A stretch of DNA of 64,000 nucleotides, taken from Eledone cirrhosa (lineage: Eukaryota). The stretch spans positions 33,914,001 to 33,978,000 of the forward strand of contig OZ024747.1 in assembly GCA_964016885.1 (NCBI GenBank). Direction: 5' to 3'. The notes beneath the pieces are model-generated. The model saw only the letters and a list, made by a program, of their open reading frames with translations, made no database searches and had not been told where the DNA came from. Below, one piece after another: positions 27,085-39,543 of this stretch. Made by a program: the position numbers and the translations under genes. Position 1 is the stretch's first letter, and each line of letters opens with the position of its first letter.

Positions 27085-27862
27085 CATAGAGCCACATATA
27101 CACACATATATATACATGTCGTACACTCTTATATTCACATACATATACATATTTTTTTTTTAGCAGGAATGGACATGTAAGAATTTCTTAATATAATAAC
27201 AGTAGAAAGCTTTTGAAAATTTCACTGAGATCACAGATGTCTTCATAGAGGTCATGACCTGTGATTTCTTTGGAAAATGATGTTGGTTGACCCCTTTCTA
27301 TAGCTGAAAACTTTAGTGAAGCAGCTAAAATCTAGTATAGAGAAAGTTACATGAATGAGAATATATTCAGCTGCCAATTGTTCTCACTATTCACTTATAT
27401 TTTTGGTTGTGGGACTCCATCAGGTTTTTCTCAATAGTTATTGACATCTATCTATGACTGACTGTCACTAAAATCTAATATTACTATTGATCAATCACTT
27501 TGTTTTTCTGTGAGTCTGTCTCTTTTCAATCTGAATCTACATGTCCCTCTGCTTCTCTCTCCCTCTCAATCTGCCTCAATTTTCTCTTCAACAATTATCT
27601 TTCAGTTATGATTTTTTATAGATCACAAACATAATAACCTATTAACATACATCTTATCCTACTTGTAGCTTATCCTACCCTGATGGTTTTCTACTAGAGT
27701 GTGTTACCAAATAATAAAGTCCCAGACAAATGATCCATTCCATTTCAAACAAAGAATGCCAAAGAAGCCAAATAAATTATTGATCTGGGAAATTATAAAC
27801 TACAGATCTCTCACAAAACCATTTATAAATTTTATGTATTTATCTGTCTATTTATCAATCTC

Positions 27863-28045
<183 letters not shown>

Positions 28046-28171
28046 GATAACAAGTTGTTTTAGGTAATCCAGTTTAGATGTTATGAGTACACCGTTGTTT
28101 GACTCAACAAGAGGTTTCCTTAGTTAGGTGGCGAATTTGCGAGAATTCCCATGCAGGTCATTCTTGGAGTA

Positions 28172-28328
28172 ATAGTAGTGAAAGAGTGGAGAATAACATG
28201 GTCAGCTGCACACAATTTCGAGTGATTAGTGGCCTTTAGACTCACCTGATCAATGAAACAATTGTTAATACTGTAAAGAAAACCCTTTTTGTACAGCCGA
28301 CCATGTTATTCTCGACCCTTTCACTATA
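28172..28328. mobile_element. MITE; related partial copy ~57615-57745
   Basis: tagtgaaagagtggagaataacatggtcagctgcac / gtacagccgaccatgttattctcgaccctttcacta. Confidence 0.6.
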
Positions 28329-28334
28329 TATATA

Positions 28335-29000
28335 CAGGGTGCCGATGATATTTGTTTGAAAGATTACTGTCTAGGAAAAAGTAACACAGTAGTTTTATTT
28401 TTTAAGATTTATTTATCAAACTTGGGTCAGTTTGTCTTCATGACTTGTTCTTTAGATCTCACTCAACAAACCCGCCATTGGCTTTGATGACGACCTCAAG
28501 GCGACCTCGGAACCAGCTACAGGCCTTCATCACTGTCCCCCGACTTAGGCCCCTAAAGGCACTTGTGATCCTGGCCTTCAGATCGTCTTTCGTATTGCAG
28601 TCTGTTGGTGTCTCGTTCCACTGCGCCCCACACAAAGAAGTCGAGGGGGTTGCAGTCAGGCGAGCTGGGCGGCCAGATGTCAGGTGAAGTGTGGTCGGCG
28701 AAGTTCTCTGACAGCCAGGCTTGGGTTTTTCGGCTGGTATGGCAGGGCGCTGAGTCTTTCTGCCACAAGTACGGCCTACCTGCAGCTACCTGGTCGATCC
28801 AGAGCTTTACTACCTCGCTCAGAATGCAGATGTAGCCATCAGTGTTCAGCTTGAGGCCCTCAAGGAAGAAGTGAGGTGGCATGACGTCATTTTGACTGCT
28901 GACGACACCTAAGACCAATGTTGTCGCTGGAAACTTTGTCTGCATGACTCTGGCCACGTCTTTGGATGAGACAGCGAGCTACCTGTTGTTCTGGGAGTTG
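28335..29000 (-). mobile_element. Tc1/mariner DD37D (maT-type) transposon fragment
   Basis: ORF 28553-28957: QKDSAPCH...WPPSSPDCNPLD with 37 residues between the catalytic Asp residues; TA-cagggtg terminus at 28335. Confidence 0.85.
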
Positions 29001-29184
29001 ATCTACTGGCCTTATTTGTCCTCCCGGTGCGGATTCCAAGAAGAACTCTGTGTCTCTTCCACAAATTTGGAGGTTCAAAATTATTCATAATCAATTATTC
29101 TGAAAATAAATAATGGAAATATAGTCACTATTTTTATTAGTGCCCAAATGGGCACTGTTTGTATTATTATATATATAATATATA

Positions 29185-29304
29185 CAGGGTGTGGACGGTA
29201 TTTGTTCGCAATTCTCAACTGCTAATTTTAGCAGTGAAAAAAGTAAAAAAAATTTGCATAAAATTAACAGTTGAAAATTGCGAACAAATACCGTCCACAC
29301 CCTG
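29185..29304. mobile_element. 120-bp Tc1/mariner MITE
   Basis: ~36-bp TIR cagggtgtggacggtatttgttcgcaattytcaact, flanked by TA. Confidence 0.85.
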
Positions 29305-29328
29305 TATATATTATATATATATATATAA

Positions 29329-29607
29329 TAATACAAAGACGATTTGTTAAGCCTTCATTTTGTTTATTGATTGGTGATGTGTTTCACTATTAATCAGCTC
29401 AAGTTTCGATCTGTTTCGATCTGGCCCGACTCTGGAATCAAAAGCTCATCAGATCTCTGCTGTTGCAATGACAGCAGAGGTCCGGCAAGCTTTTGATTCC
29501 AGAGTCGGGCCAGATAGATACAGATCGAACCTTGAGCTGATCAATAGCAAAACGCGCATCACTAATCAATAAACATAATCAAGGTTTAACAAATCGTCCT
29601 TGTATTA
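29329..29607. repeat. Palindrome of two divergent HHR family D arms
   Basis: Arms are imperfect reverse complements about ~29468; HHR relics at 29373-29455 (-) and 29479-29563 (+). Confidence 0.75.
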
Positions 29608-29703
29608 CACTCAATTTAGTTCTACACCTTGCTACTGACGTGAACCTAAACATTGAGTGCTCACCTGGGTGAACCTACAGTAACTTCATGTTACACTCCC
29701 TGG

Positions 29704-29735
<32 letters not shown>

Positions 29736-30039
29736 TGTAGGTATCATGTCAAAAAGCACCCAGCCCACACTGTAAAGTGCATGTGTAAAAGACACGGCAA
29801 AAAGCACCTAGTAATGACAATGTGATTGGCGTTAGGAAGGACACCCAGCCGTAGAAGACCAGCCAGAAACTCTCCTATATGAGCGAGACATGATCACACT
29901 GACCCAACTTGTCACTAAATGGGACAAACCCATCTAACCCATGCTAGCGTGGAAGATAGATGTTAATTGACGATGATTACAGACATAGACACACACCCGC
30001 AGATTCATATATATATGTATATGTATATATAGAGAGAGA

Positions 30040-30780
30040 GGAATATGACAAGGAATTTGGTAGCATGGCAGGTCTTAAAAGACACGTGAGAACACACATC
30101 CAGAACAAAGCAATGGAAAGTCCCGGGGTATAAAGTTGCCATGTATGTGCCAGAGGGTGCAAGTCTTTGGTTGATTTAAAGAGCCACATTCGTACCTCAC
30201 ATGTTTAAGCATTTTATCAGGTGATGGCAATGCTTGGACACGAGTTTGCAGCCATCATGTATATATATAGAGAGATATATATATAGATATATATATCAAG
30301 CATTGCCATCACCAGATAAAATGCTTTGTTCTGGCTGTGTATTCTCGTGTGTCTTTTAAGACCTTCCATGCTACCAAATTCCTTGTCACTTTCCTTACAC
30401 CTTTTCAGATCATAATCTATATGAGGTCTACTGATATGACTTTGTTCGTGTCTAGTCAAACCAGCTTTACTCAGGCAGACTTGACCACAGTGCTCGCAAA
30501 CCATGTTCAATAGCAGGCAGTTCAGAACAATCACCTTTCTTTACCTTCCTTTTCAGTGTTAGGTGTTCTCTCTGATGAGTTTCAAAGATTTCACTACCTG
30601 ACTTGATGAAACGTCTCCACTTCACTCACTCATCAGCCATTTCTTCCCTACGCCAGATGAAATTCCAGCACAAGCCAAAATGACACAGACCCGGTACTGC
30701 ATTTTTGGTTTGTGCATTGTTTGCTTTCATTCACACAGCTCGCTGTAGTGAAGTTGCTTCGGAATACGATTATCAGACTC
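30040..30780. mobile_element. Two tail-to-tail 3' ends of C2H2-bearing RTE LINEs
   Basis: Plus 30040-30260: GLKRHVRTH, CHVC..LKSHIRTSH. Minus 30300-30780: DNRIPKQLHYSEL, CEHCGQVCLSKAGLTRHEQSH. Confidence 0.75.
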
Positions 30781-32970
30781 GAGAATTCCTCTGATGTACA
30801 ATCACTACTTTACAATGAACTCTAATGAAGACGAGAAACTCACCTTTTACAGGTCTTTGAAGGAACTTGTCAAAAAGATTCCTTCAACAGCCAAAATTAT
30901 CCAACTAGCGTTGGCAGGGATTATGAGACTTAGGATGTGATCAGCAGACATGACAGAGGGAAATGTAACAGCAATGGTCTCCTCTTGCTACAGATGTGTG
31001 TGGAGTTAGATTTGTTCATTGCAAGTACAATCTTCCAGCAAAAGGATAAGTTCAAGACAACATGGACAGGGCCATCTTGACAGCATTATAGGCCCCCGGG
31101 CAAAGCAGAGCACTGGGGCCACCACCTACACAACCACTCACAGGAATAAAAATACAAATGGGCCCCCTATCCTCATGGGACCCCTGGGAAACTGCCCAGC
31201 ATGCCCATGCATTAAGACGGCCCTGAACATGGATGCACCCTGGGTCGAAGGTGTGGCATCTGACTGACTATGTTCTTGTGAAGAAATATGACATGCAGGA
31301 TATCAAGCACGTGCGTGTCCTGCATGGTGCAGAGTGCCGGATAGACCATCGTCTGGTGCGCATCAAGGCAAACTTTGTGATCAAACCTCAAACAAGAGCA
31401 AATGGTGTCAAGATTCCAAGGCATTTGAATATAGATTATATGAAAGATGGGGGTGTCAAGGAAGAGCTGCGTCACAGGCTTGAAAACATTGATTGTGTGA
31501 ACAATTGGAATGACTTCAGGAGCTCAGACTATGAGGTTTCAGCAGAGGTCCCTAGCTTTGTCACAAGAAAACACAAGAACTGGTTTGATGAGAATAACCG
31601 GTAGGTCAAGACTCTGCTGGACAGAAAACAAAAGGCACTTGATGCAGTTCTTAAAGGTGTTAGCTCTGTTGGTGACAATTATGAGCATTACAGACAGGTA
31701 AAGAAGAAGGTGCAGGTGAAACACAGGGCCATGCAAAATACCTAGTGGAGCAACAAAGCAGATGAAGTTCAAGTGACATCTGATGGCAACAATGTGAAAC
31801 TGGTGCACTCTATACTCAGAGAGCTGTATGGTCCTTTCAGCTCACAAGTGACACCGTCAAGATCAAAAGATGGCAAGCAGTTACTGCGCGATCCAAAAGA
31901 CATACTCGACAGATGGAGAGATCACTTTGATGAGCTCTTAAACCAGCCATCCCAGTTTGATGAACCAATATGAGTTGAATATGGAGTGAAGCGGGGGGGG
32001 GGGGGGGCATTCTGGCTCCAACTCTGTTTTCCCTATATTCTACGATAGTGTTTCTCATATCATTCAGGAAAAATTGTTCACATGTAGTTTACATCTGGTA
32101 TTGCACTTCGGGAAGGTTGTTCAAGATCAGCCACTTTGGTTCAAGCACAAAGGTATTAACATCTATAATCCAAGAGTTTTTGTATACAGATGACTGCAAT
32201 CTTTTTGCACACTCACAAAATGACATGCAGCATATTATGAACTCTTTTTCTAAAGCTTGCAGCACTTTGGGCCTCACGATTAGCTTGGAAAAGACTGTTG
32301 TGATGTATCAACCAGCCCCTGGAAAAGAATACACTACTGCAAGTGTATACATGTATGGAAAGAGGCTAAATGTTGCTGACAAGATGGTTTACCTTGGTAC
32401 TATGTTGAACAATTTATGCCCACTTGATGAGATATGCTTAACAATCAAGAAAACGAGTGATGATTTTGGACAGTTGCATGAACGTTTATGGTCCAGACGA
32501 GGTATCACTATTTAAACCAAGGTATATCTGACTTGTGTCATCTTCTCTTTGCTTTATGCTTGTCAAATGTGGGTCACATACAGAATGCACCTCAAGGAAC
32601 TGGAGATTTCACCAACAATCTCTTCATAAGTTACTTGGGGTGCAATGGGAAATGTTCGTCAGTGATTTGGAAGTTCTCAAATGGAGCAGGTGCGTGACAA
32701 TAGAGAGCATAATCTTTCAGCATTGGTTGAGGTGGTACAGACACGTGGTCCAAATATCTGATGATTGTATTCCAAAGCTACTCGAAGAAGGTCATATCAC
32801 TGAGATGTCCAGTGGCTACACGTTTAACTGGAGTGGCAGAGCAGCAGGGTGCAAAAGGAAGGCAGGTGTGGCTTTTGTAGTGAACACGTCTTTCGTGTCG
32901 ACACATGACTAGTTTCCAAGTGGCATCAGTGATCATCTCCTGTCAATGAGAATTCCTCTGATGTACAATT
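30781..32970 (+). mobile_element. RTE LINE (APE + RT), deleted and rearranged
   Basis: TWMHPGSKVWHLTDYVLV, DHRLV, RWRDHFDELLNQP, EFLYTDDC, LRWYRHVVQISDDCIPK, GYTFNWSG..GVAFVV. Confidence 0.9.
31067..31225. mobile_element. hAT-type MITE inserted in the RTE element
   Basis: TIR cagggccatctt/aagacggccctg; perfect 8-bp TSD aacatgga (31059-66, 31226-33). Confidence 0.85.
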
Positions 32971-33002
32971 GCTATATATATACATACATGTATACATACA
33001 TA

Positions 33003-33040
<38 letters not shown>

Positions 33041-33225
33041 CATTCATACATATACATACATATACATTCATGCATAAATACAGACAAATAACAATGTTGT
33101 CTCTGATGGAGATGAAGCAAGAGTGTATTTGAATACATATAAAACTGAGATAACTCATTGCAAGAATAGCCATTAAAACAGCTAAATGATGTTAAAGACA
33201 GCGATGGACAAAAATGCCTCAGATG

Positions 33226-33770
33226 CCAGAGGTCAGCAACCAGTGGTCAACAGAGAGACCATCCATAAGGTCGGTGACAGGTAGATGATATATGTCTTAG
33301 AGAACAGAGGTCAGTGACCAGTGGTCAACAGAGAGACCATCCAGAAGGTGGGTGACAGGTAGATGATATATGTCTTAGAGGACAGAGGTCAGCGACAAGT
33401 GGTCAACACAGAGACCATCCAGAAGGTCGGTGACAGGTAGATGGTATATGTCTTAGAGGACAGAGGTCAGCAACCAGTGGTCAACAGAGAGAGACCATCC
33501 ATAAGGTCGGTGACAGGTAGATGATATATGTCTCAGAGGACAGAGGTCAGTGACCAGTGGTCAACAGAGAGAGACCATCCACAAGGTGGGTGACAGGTAG
33601 ATGATATATGTCTCAGAGGACAGAGGTCAGTGACCAGTGGTCAACAGAGAGACCATCCACAAGGTGGGTGACAGGCAGATGATATATGTCTCAGAGGACA
33701 GGGACCAGTGGTCAGTGGTTGGTCAACAGAGAGACCAACCACAAGGTGCGTGACAGGTAGATGAAATATA
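33226..33770. repeat. Minisatellite, ~78-80-bp unit, about 7 copies
   Basis: cagaggtcagYRaccagtggtcaacagagagaccatccaNaaggtSggtgacaggtagatgatatatgtctYagagga. Confidence 0.95.
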
Positions 33771-34514
33771 GAAAGGATTGAAAGAGGAGGAGGACAAGGA
33801 GAAGTGTGTTGGTACACAGAAGGAAATGTAGAAGACAAGTTTACACACATCTTCACCGTCATCAGCTCTCAAACCAGCAGAAAAATAAATCTTTCTGCTG
33901 TTATGATGTAAATAAAGAAAAAAATGGGATAGTTAACCTGAAGCTGTGGGATCTGTCCTCAATAGAAAGCTAAACTTAGCTATGATATAGTTGAAACAAT
34001 TTTGTCAGTGTCATATATACAATGACAAATGTCACATTCATTCTAAATATTCTGAAAAGTTTATTTCAAAGCATTGTCCTTATTTGTAACTCATGAAATC
34101 CCTAAGTGATATATATTGAATATCCTTTTGCTGTCCTGTCACAAATGTATGAATTTGAGTACATGTGCCATCATTTCCAAAATTGCAAATGAGGCTGCAT
34201 AGCATTTTTCTCAGAGACAAATTAAAATAATCTCGATCTTTTGTTGCTGAAAATACGTTTCAACCCATTAAACAATTCTCATGCTTTTAATGACATTGTT
34301 TATATTACAGCTATCCTGTTCTATCACATCTGTGAAGAAATCAATATAAACCACATTAGGATAATATAGTTGCGACATATATTTTGCTTCAACCTTGAAA
34401 TTGTCGCAGTCAAACTAATATGACGTCTTTGTCGCAATAATTTAGCTGATTCAATTATTTTGAATTTAAATATCTTTTTTTTTTGTTCAATTAAAAGCAC
34501 ATTTAAAACAAATT

Positions 34515-34850
34515 AATTGTTTCTACCTTAGGCACAAGGCCAGCAATTACCCAGTACATTACTGGTACTTTATTTTATCGACCCGTAAGGATGAAAGGCA
34601 AAGTTAACCTCGGCGGGATGGTTTCTGATTTAGGGACAAGGCCAACAATTTTGTGGGAGGGCGAAAGTGAATTAAATCGACCCCAGTGTGTTACCAATAA
34701 TTTACTGGCACTGTAAGGAGGATAGGTATTAATAATACAATAGTGGTTTCTGACATAAGGCTAACAATTTTGAGGTAGGGGGAAAGTCAATTAAATCGAC
34801 CCAGTGCATAATTGCTACTTTATTTTATTGACACTGTAAGGATGAAAGGT
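34515..34850 (-). mobile_element. Cluster of truncated SINE family 1 3' fragments
   Basis: Repeated ggcacaaggcca..cccagt..tactttattttatcgac..ggatgaaagg. Confidence 0.7.
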
Positions 34851-35664
34851 ATTAATGAATTTAATAATAAGATTTATTATCAATCTATTTTGCCTATCAG
34901 TAAATCAAACATACAAACAAAATTTCAATATTCCATGTATTCAATGACCTTAAATTATGTTGATTTACTTTATTTTTAAACTTAAAATAAAAGTAAACGA
35001 GTGTCCAAGATGTCCTGAACAAGATCTCTACCGTATCTGGCCACACTATTCACCCCAGGATGTCCAGTAGTAAAAACACTTTCAGGAAAGAGCTGGACAA
35101 CAGAAGGTCATCACAGAAAAAGAAACTGGGATTTCTTCCTTGAAGATCTTTTGCTGTCCAGCTCTATCCAGAAAGTTTCATATGGCTGGAGATCTTAGGG
35201 AGTTTGTGGGAGGGATGTGAAAAGTGTGGCCAGATATGGTAAACACAAAAAATGGGAAAGACATCTTCACATTTTAATTCAAATGAATTCCAATTGATAT
35301 ATATACACACCTCAACATGTTAAGATTAATATTGAATAATTGAATTTCCTCTCAAATCAATAAATTAATAAATAAAACATTAGCTTATCCATTCTTTTAC
35401 ACTTTTGTTAATTCTTCTTTTCTATATATCAAATATTGAAGTCCCGATTCTAGCTGTGATCTTATATTTTCATTTAATTTTTAACTTAGATACAGCAAGT
35501 TGATGGTTGCTGCCAATATCAGCCCCCCTCTAAGCTTTTATATATTTTAGTGAAGTCGTTTGTCTATTGAAATATATTGCAATTGATCCGCCTCTCTCTG
35601 TATTTATATATATATGTGTGTGTTTTAAATCTCTCTCATTCTCTATTGGTACATATTTATGATT

Positions 35665-35704
35665 AGGTGTGTGTGTGTGTGTGTATGTGTGTGTGTGCGT
35701 GTGC

Positions 35705-35744
<40 letters not shown>

Positions 35745-35770
35745 GTGTGTGTGTGTGTGTCTGTGTGTGT

Positions 35771-35805
<35 letters not shown>

Positions 35806-35815
35806 TGTGTGTGTT
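35665..35815. repeat. (GT)n microsatellite
   Basis: Directly visible in sequence. Confidence 0.95.
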
Positions 35816-36589
35816 CATTGCCATATCTGTTTTTTCACGCGTTTCTGTGCTTACAATCCCATATCTGTTTATTCGTATGTGTGTGTGTAAGAGAGTAGAG
35901 GGGAAAACATGATATCATTTCAAAAGATCTGCTTTGATAATAGCTGTATACATATATTTCTCTATTTGCACAAATTTAATTTTGAAGCTGCAAAAATAAA
36001 GAAGAACCAGAGCGATTTATTGAAAATAATGATTAATAGGAGATGAAAGAGGAAAAAGAAGAGGTAGTTTGAAGACTACTAAGAGAGTAAAGATAAAAGG
36101 GAACATAATGGAAAGTAAATATGTAAGACATATATTATCTAAAAGAAAAGAGAATGTGCAAATTGATACTTGCATGTTAATGCACATGCCACCATGTCAT
36201 ATATATAATATAGAACGATATTATATATACAAATACACATTTACATGTACATACACACGTATATATGCACACATACACATATATATACACACATGTACAC
36301 ACACATGTATATATATATATATATATATGTACACACCCACACACATGTACAAACGTTTCTATGTCAACATAGAATGATATATATATATATACAAAGACAC
36401 ACATACATATGAACAATCCAAAATATGAAAACTATAGTTAAAGGTTTAGGCACAAAACCACCATGTTTTTGGAGCAAGGAGGGAACAGTCAATTAAATCA
36501 ACCCCAGTGCATTACTGTAATTACACATTAAATATCCAAATACCCTGTTTAAAAATAATCTAAAGCCTGTCTTGAACCAGCGGACTCAT

Positions 36590-36840
36590 CAAGCCGGTGC
36601 TTCCCTCAGTTTTCATGGTGTTAAGAAGCCGAGAGTACAGGACTCCCCCTGGACAAGACACCAGTCCATCACAGGGTTAAACCCCCAGCTATTGCTGGAA
36701 CTCATTTCCAGCTGCATATACTGGCACAATGGGAAATGAAGTATTTTGATCAAGAACACAACACACAACCCAGTTCAGAAATGGAATCCAAGACATTATG
36801 ATCATAAGTTCAACACCCTTACCATGTGTCCCTGTGCCTC
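36590..36840 (-). mobile_element. Diverged SINE (family 2-related head)
   Basis: Reverse complement of gttcttgatcaaaatacttcatttcccattg core and gaggcaca head. Confidence 0.55.
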
Positions 36841-37023
36841 CATGCATTCTCTATTCACTGTATGTATTTAAGTCAAGTTCATAATCATGATAAAATCATG
36901 GTGGTTGATTAATACAAATATACATATAATTTGTTTGGTAGGGTTGAATCAGGGTGTGCACCATATTCCATTGGCCACTTTTGAACATTGGAACAACTAT
37001 TAGAGCCATTAATGTTTATTAAG

Positions 37024-37207
37024 GGCGGTGGATTGGCAGTATCGGTAGAGGGTCGGACGCCATGCTTTCCAGCATAGTTACGTCCCTTTCCGATCTGAGT
37101 TCAAATCCCGCCGAGGTTGACTTTGCCTTTCATCCTTACGGGGTCGATAAAATAAAGTACCAGTAATGCACTGGGTAATTGCTGGCCTTGTGCCTAAAGT
37201 AGAAACA
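37024..37207 (+). mobile_element. Full-length tRNA-derived SINE, family 1, with 16-bp TSD
   Basis: A box tggcagtatcgg, B box gagttcaaatcc; TSD attaatgtttattaag at 37008-37023 and 37208-37223. Confidence 0.9.
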
Positions 37208-37862
37208 ATTAATGTTTATTAAGCACTATTCCAAAGATTCACCACAACTTCTTTCCATAACATGGAACTGGGAAATTATAACACACACAACCTTATCAGT
37301 GAACTATTTTAGTATTGGTCAACTAACAGAAAATTGTATTACGGTTATGAAAAAAAAAATCTAAATAATTCTACAAGGTAAACATTAAAAACAGTCATTG
37401 CTGGCCACTCTGACTGGTCTGGTGGGCCGTATGGTGGCCCCCGGGGCGCCTGTTGCATACCCCTGGATGAAATCATCCCTCACCCCAATATCAACATTCA
37501 CCTTTAGAGCAATTTCAGGGGAAAAGAATCTCTTCCAAATTTTTAGACAAAGTCACAAGTTTTCATTCACACTGACATTCACAGTGGCAACATACCATAG
37601 GTGTTGCTCTTATTTATTTGTTGATATCATTAAAAACATTTCAAAATACTACAAAAGCCAAAACATTAAACAATCATTCTTTCTCCCCCTTTCTCTTCCC
37701 CATAAGTATCTTAATTTTTTTTCATGATTATAGATATCCGCCTACACTACAGGTGAAAAGGTTCCTCGTAATTAACCACCAATCAAAACAACTTAAACTG
37801 ACCAACGTATGAATGTTAGACTTTTTCATACGCCACGTATAGTCAGTCATTACTACCACAGA

Positions 37863-37947
37863 GGTATGACGAGTCATTGATTGCACAGCCGGGTTAGATC
37901 GATACAGATCGAACCTTGAGCTGATCAGTAGCGAAACACACGTCACC
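37863..37947 (+). ncRNA. Degenerate hammerhead, family D third copy
   Basis: ggt aTGACGA gtc..long insert..agc GAA ACACACGT C acc. Confidence 0.6.
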
Positions 37948-38044
37948 AACCAATAAATGTAATGAAGGAGAAACATTTATCCTTGTTTTATTATATATAT
38001 ATATATATATAAATAAAATGGCAAGCTGTGTGGTTGCATTTAAG

Positions 38045-38727
38045 TATAATGAAAATAAAAGTTACGGGCGAAAGAGGGCAATATCCATCGCCAGTTGTCT
38101 GCTAGGAATCATAGTTATTTCTTCGCGTTAGAGACAAGATACCTCAGCCTAGGGCGAACAATAACTAAAATAAGTTATTGGGATAAAAAAGGGGTGAGGG
38201 AGAAAAACATGTAAACAGACACGAATGATTGAACCACCATGAAGAGAGGAAAAATAAGGAAAAATAGGAAAAATATCAACTCAACAACTCATTTCGAACA
38301 TAAGTTCTGGCGAGTTTGACGAGTGAAAAAAAGACATGTCTTCACTGTAGCAGTGTTAACGAGAGAAGACACTGCTTACAGTGACGGATGAGGGAGGAAG
38401 TGAATGAAAGTAAGAGGAAGTGAGAAAAAGATAGTTATAGTGGCAGGCTAGCCGAGAGAAGGTGACTAGCAGAGGGGGTGAGCGAAAGTAAGAGGGTGTT
38501 GTTGACTTGATATTTTTCCTTATTTATCCTCTCTTTACGTTGCTTCACCCTTCGTGTCTGTTTACATGTTTTACCCCCCACCCCTTTTTTAATCCAAATA
38601 ACTTATTTTAGTTATTGTTCGCCCTAGGCTGAGGTATCTTATATCTAACGCGAAGAAATACCTATGATTCCTAGCAGACAACTGACGATGGATATTGCCC
38701 TCTTTCGCCAATAACTTTATTTTTCAT

Positions 38728-38731
<4 letters not shown>
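38045..38731. repeat. Long inverted repeat (~240-bp arms) in TA context
   Basis: 38045-38285 is the approximate reverse complement of 38500-38731. Confidence 0.85.
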
Positions 38732-38770
<39 letters not shown>

Positions 38771-38782
38771 TAATAATAATAA

Positions 38783-38972
38783 TAATTGTTTCTACTTTAA
38801 GCACAAGGCCAGCAATTACCCAGTGCATTACTGGTACTTTATTTTATCGACCCCCGTAGGGATGAAAGGCAATGTCAACCTCGGCGGGATTTGAACTCTG
38901 ATCGTAAAGGGACGTAACTATGCTGGAAAGCATGGCGTCCGATCCTCTACCGATACTGACAATCCACCGCCT
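38783..38972 (-). mobile_element. SINE family 1, near-identical to the 37024 copy
   Basis: Reverse-complement match over the whole length. Confidence 0.9.
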
Positions 38973-39149
38973 TATTTATTATTAATAATAATAATAATTA
39001 ATTTGAGGACTAAAATCCAAAGAGGGCTCGATAAGGATAAATATATATCAAATATATAAGAATCGTAGAGTTTCAGAAGATCCCGTTAAGGGTAAAAGCA
39101 GCGATTCTTTGCTTAAACTTTATCTGTTATTTTAATATATATACATAGA

Positions 39150-39490
39150 TATATATATTATAATATAAAAGAGAGATGTTTCTTTGTTGGCTGGTTGGTT
39201 GGTTTAATAAACCAACAAATATGCACACACACACGCACACACATACTTACACACACACACACATCTAAATAGAGAGAGAGAGAGAGAGCGAGCGAGAGAC
39301 AGAGAGATAGCTAACTAGCTAGATAGATAAATAGAGAGTGAGAGAGTGTGAGAGAGAGGGAGAGAGTGAGAGGGGAGAGAAATAAACGGAGGGACAAAGT
39401 GAGGAAGTGGCTCTTTACTACTCCTCCTCCAACTCCTCCTTTGTCACAACGTTTTTCGATAAAGAGAGAAATGTAAATAGTGTGACTGTT

Positions 39491-39543
<53 letters not shown>

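Noticed and set aside
33226-33770. CRISPR-like array
   Set aside because: Whole unit repeats with no unique spacers; eukaryotic context.
37024-37110. tRNA gene
   Set aside because: A/B boxes belong to a multicopy SINE with TSDs; no full cloverleaf.
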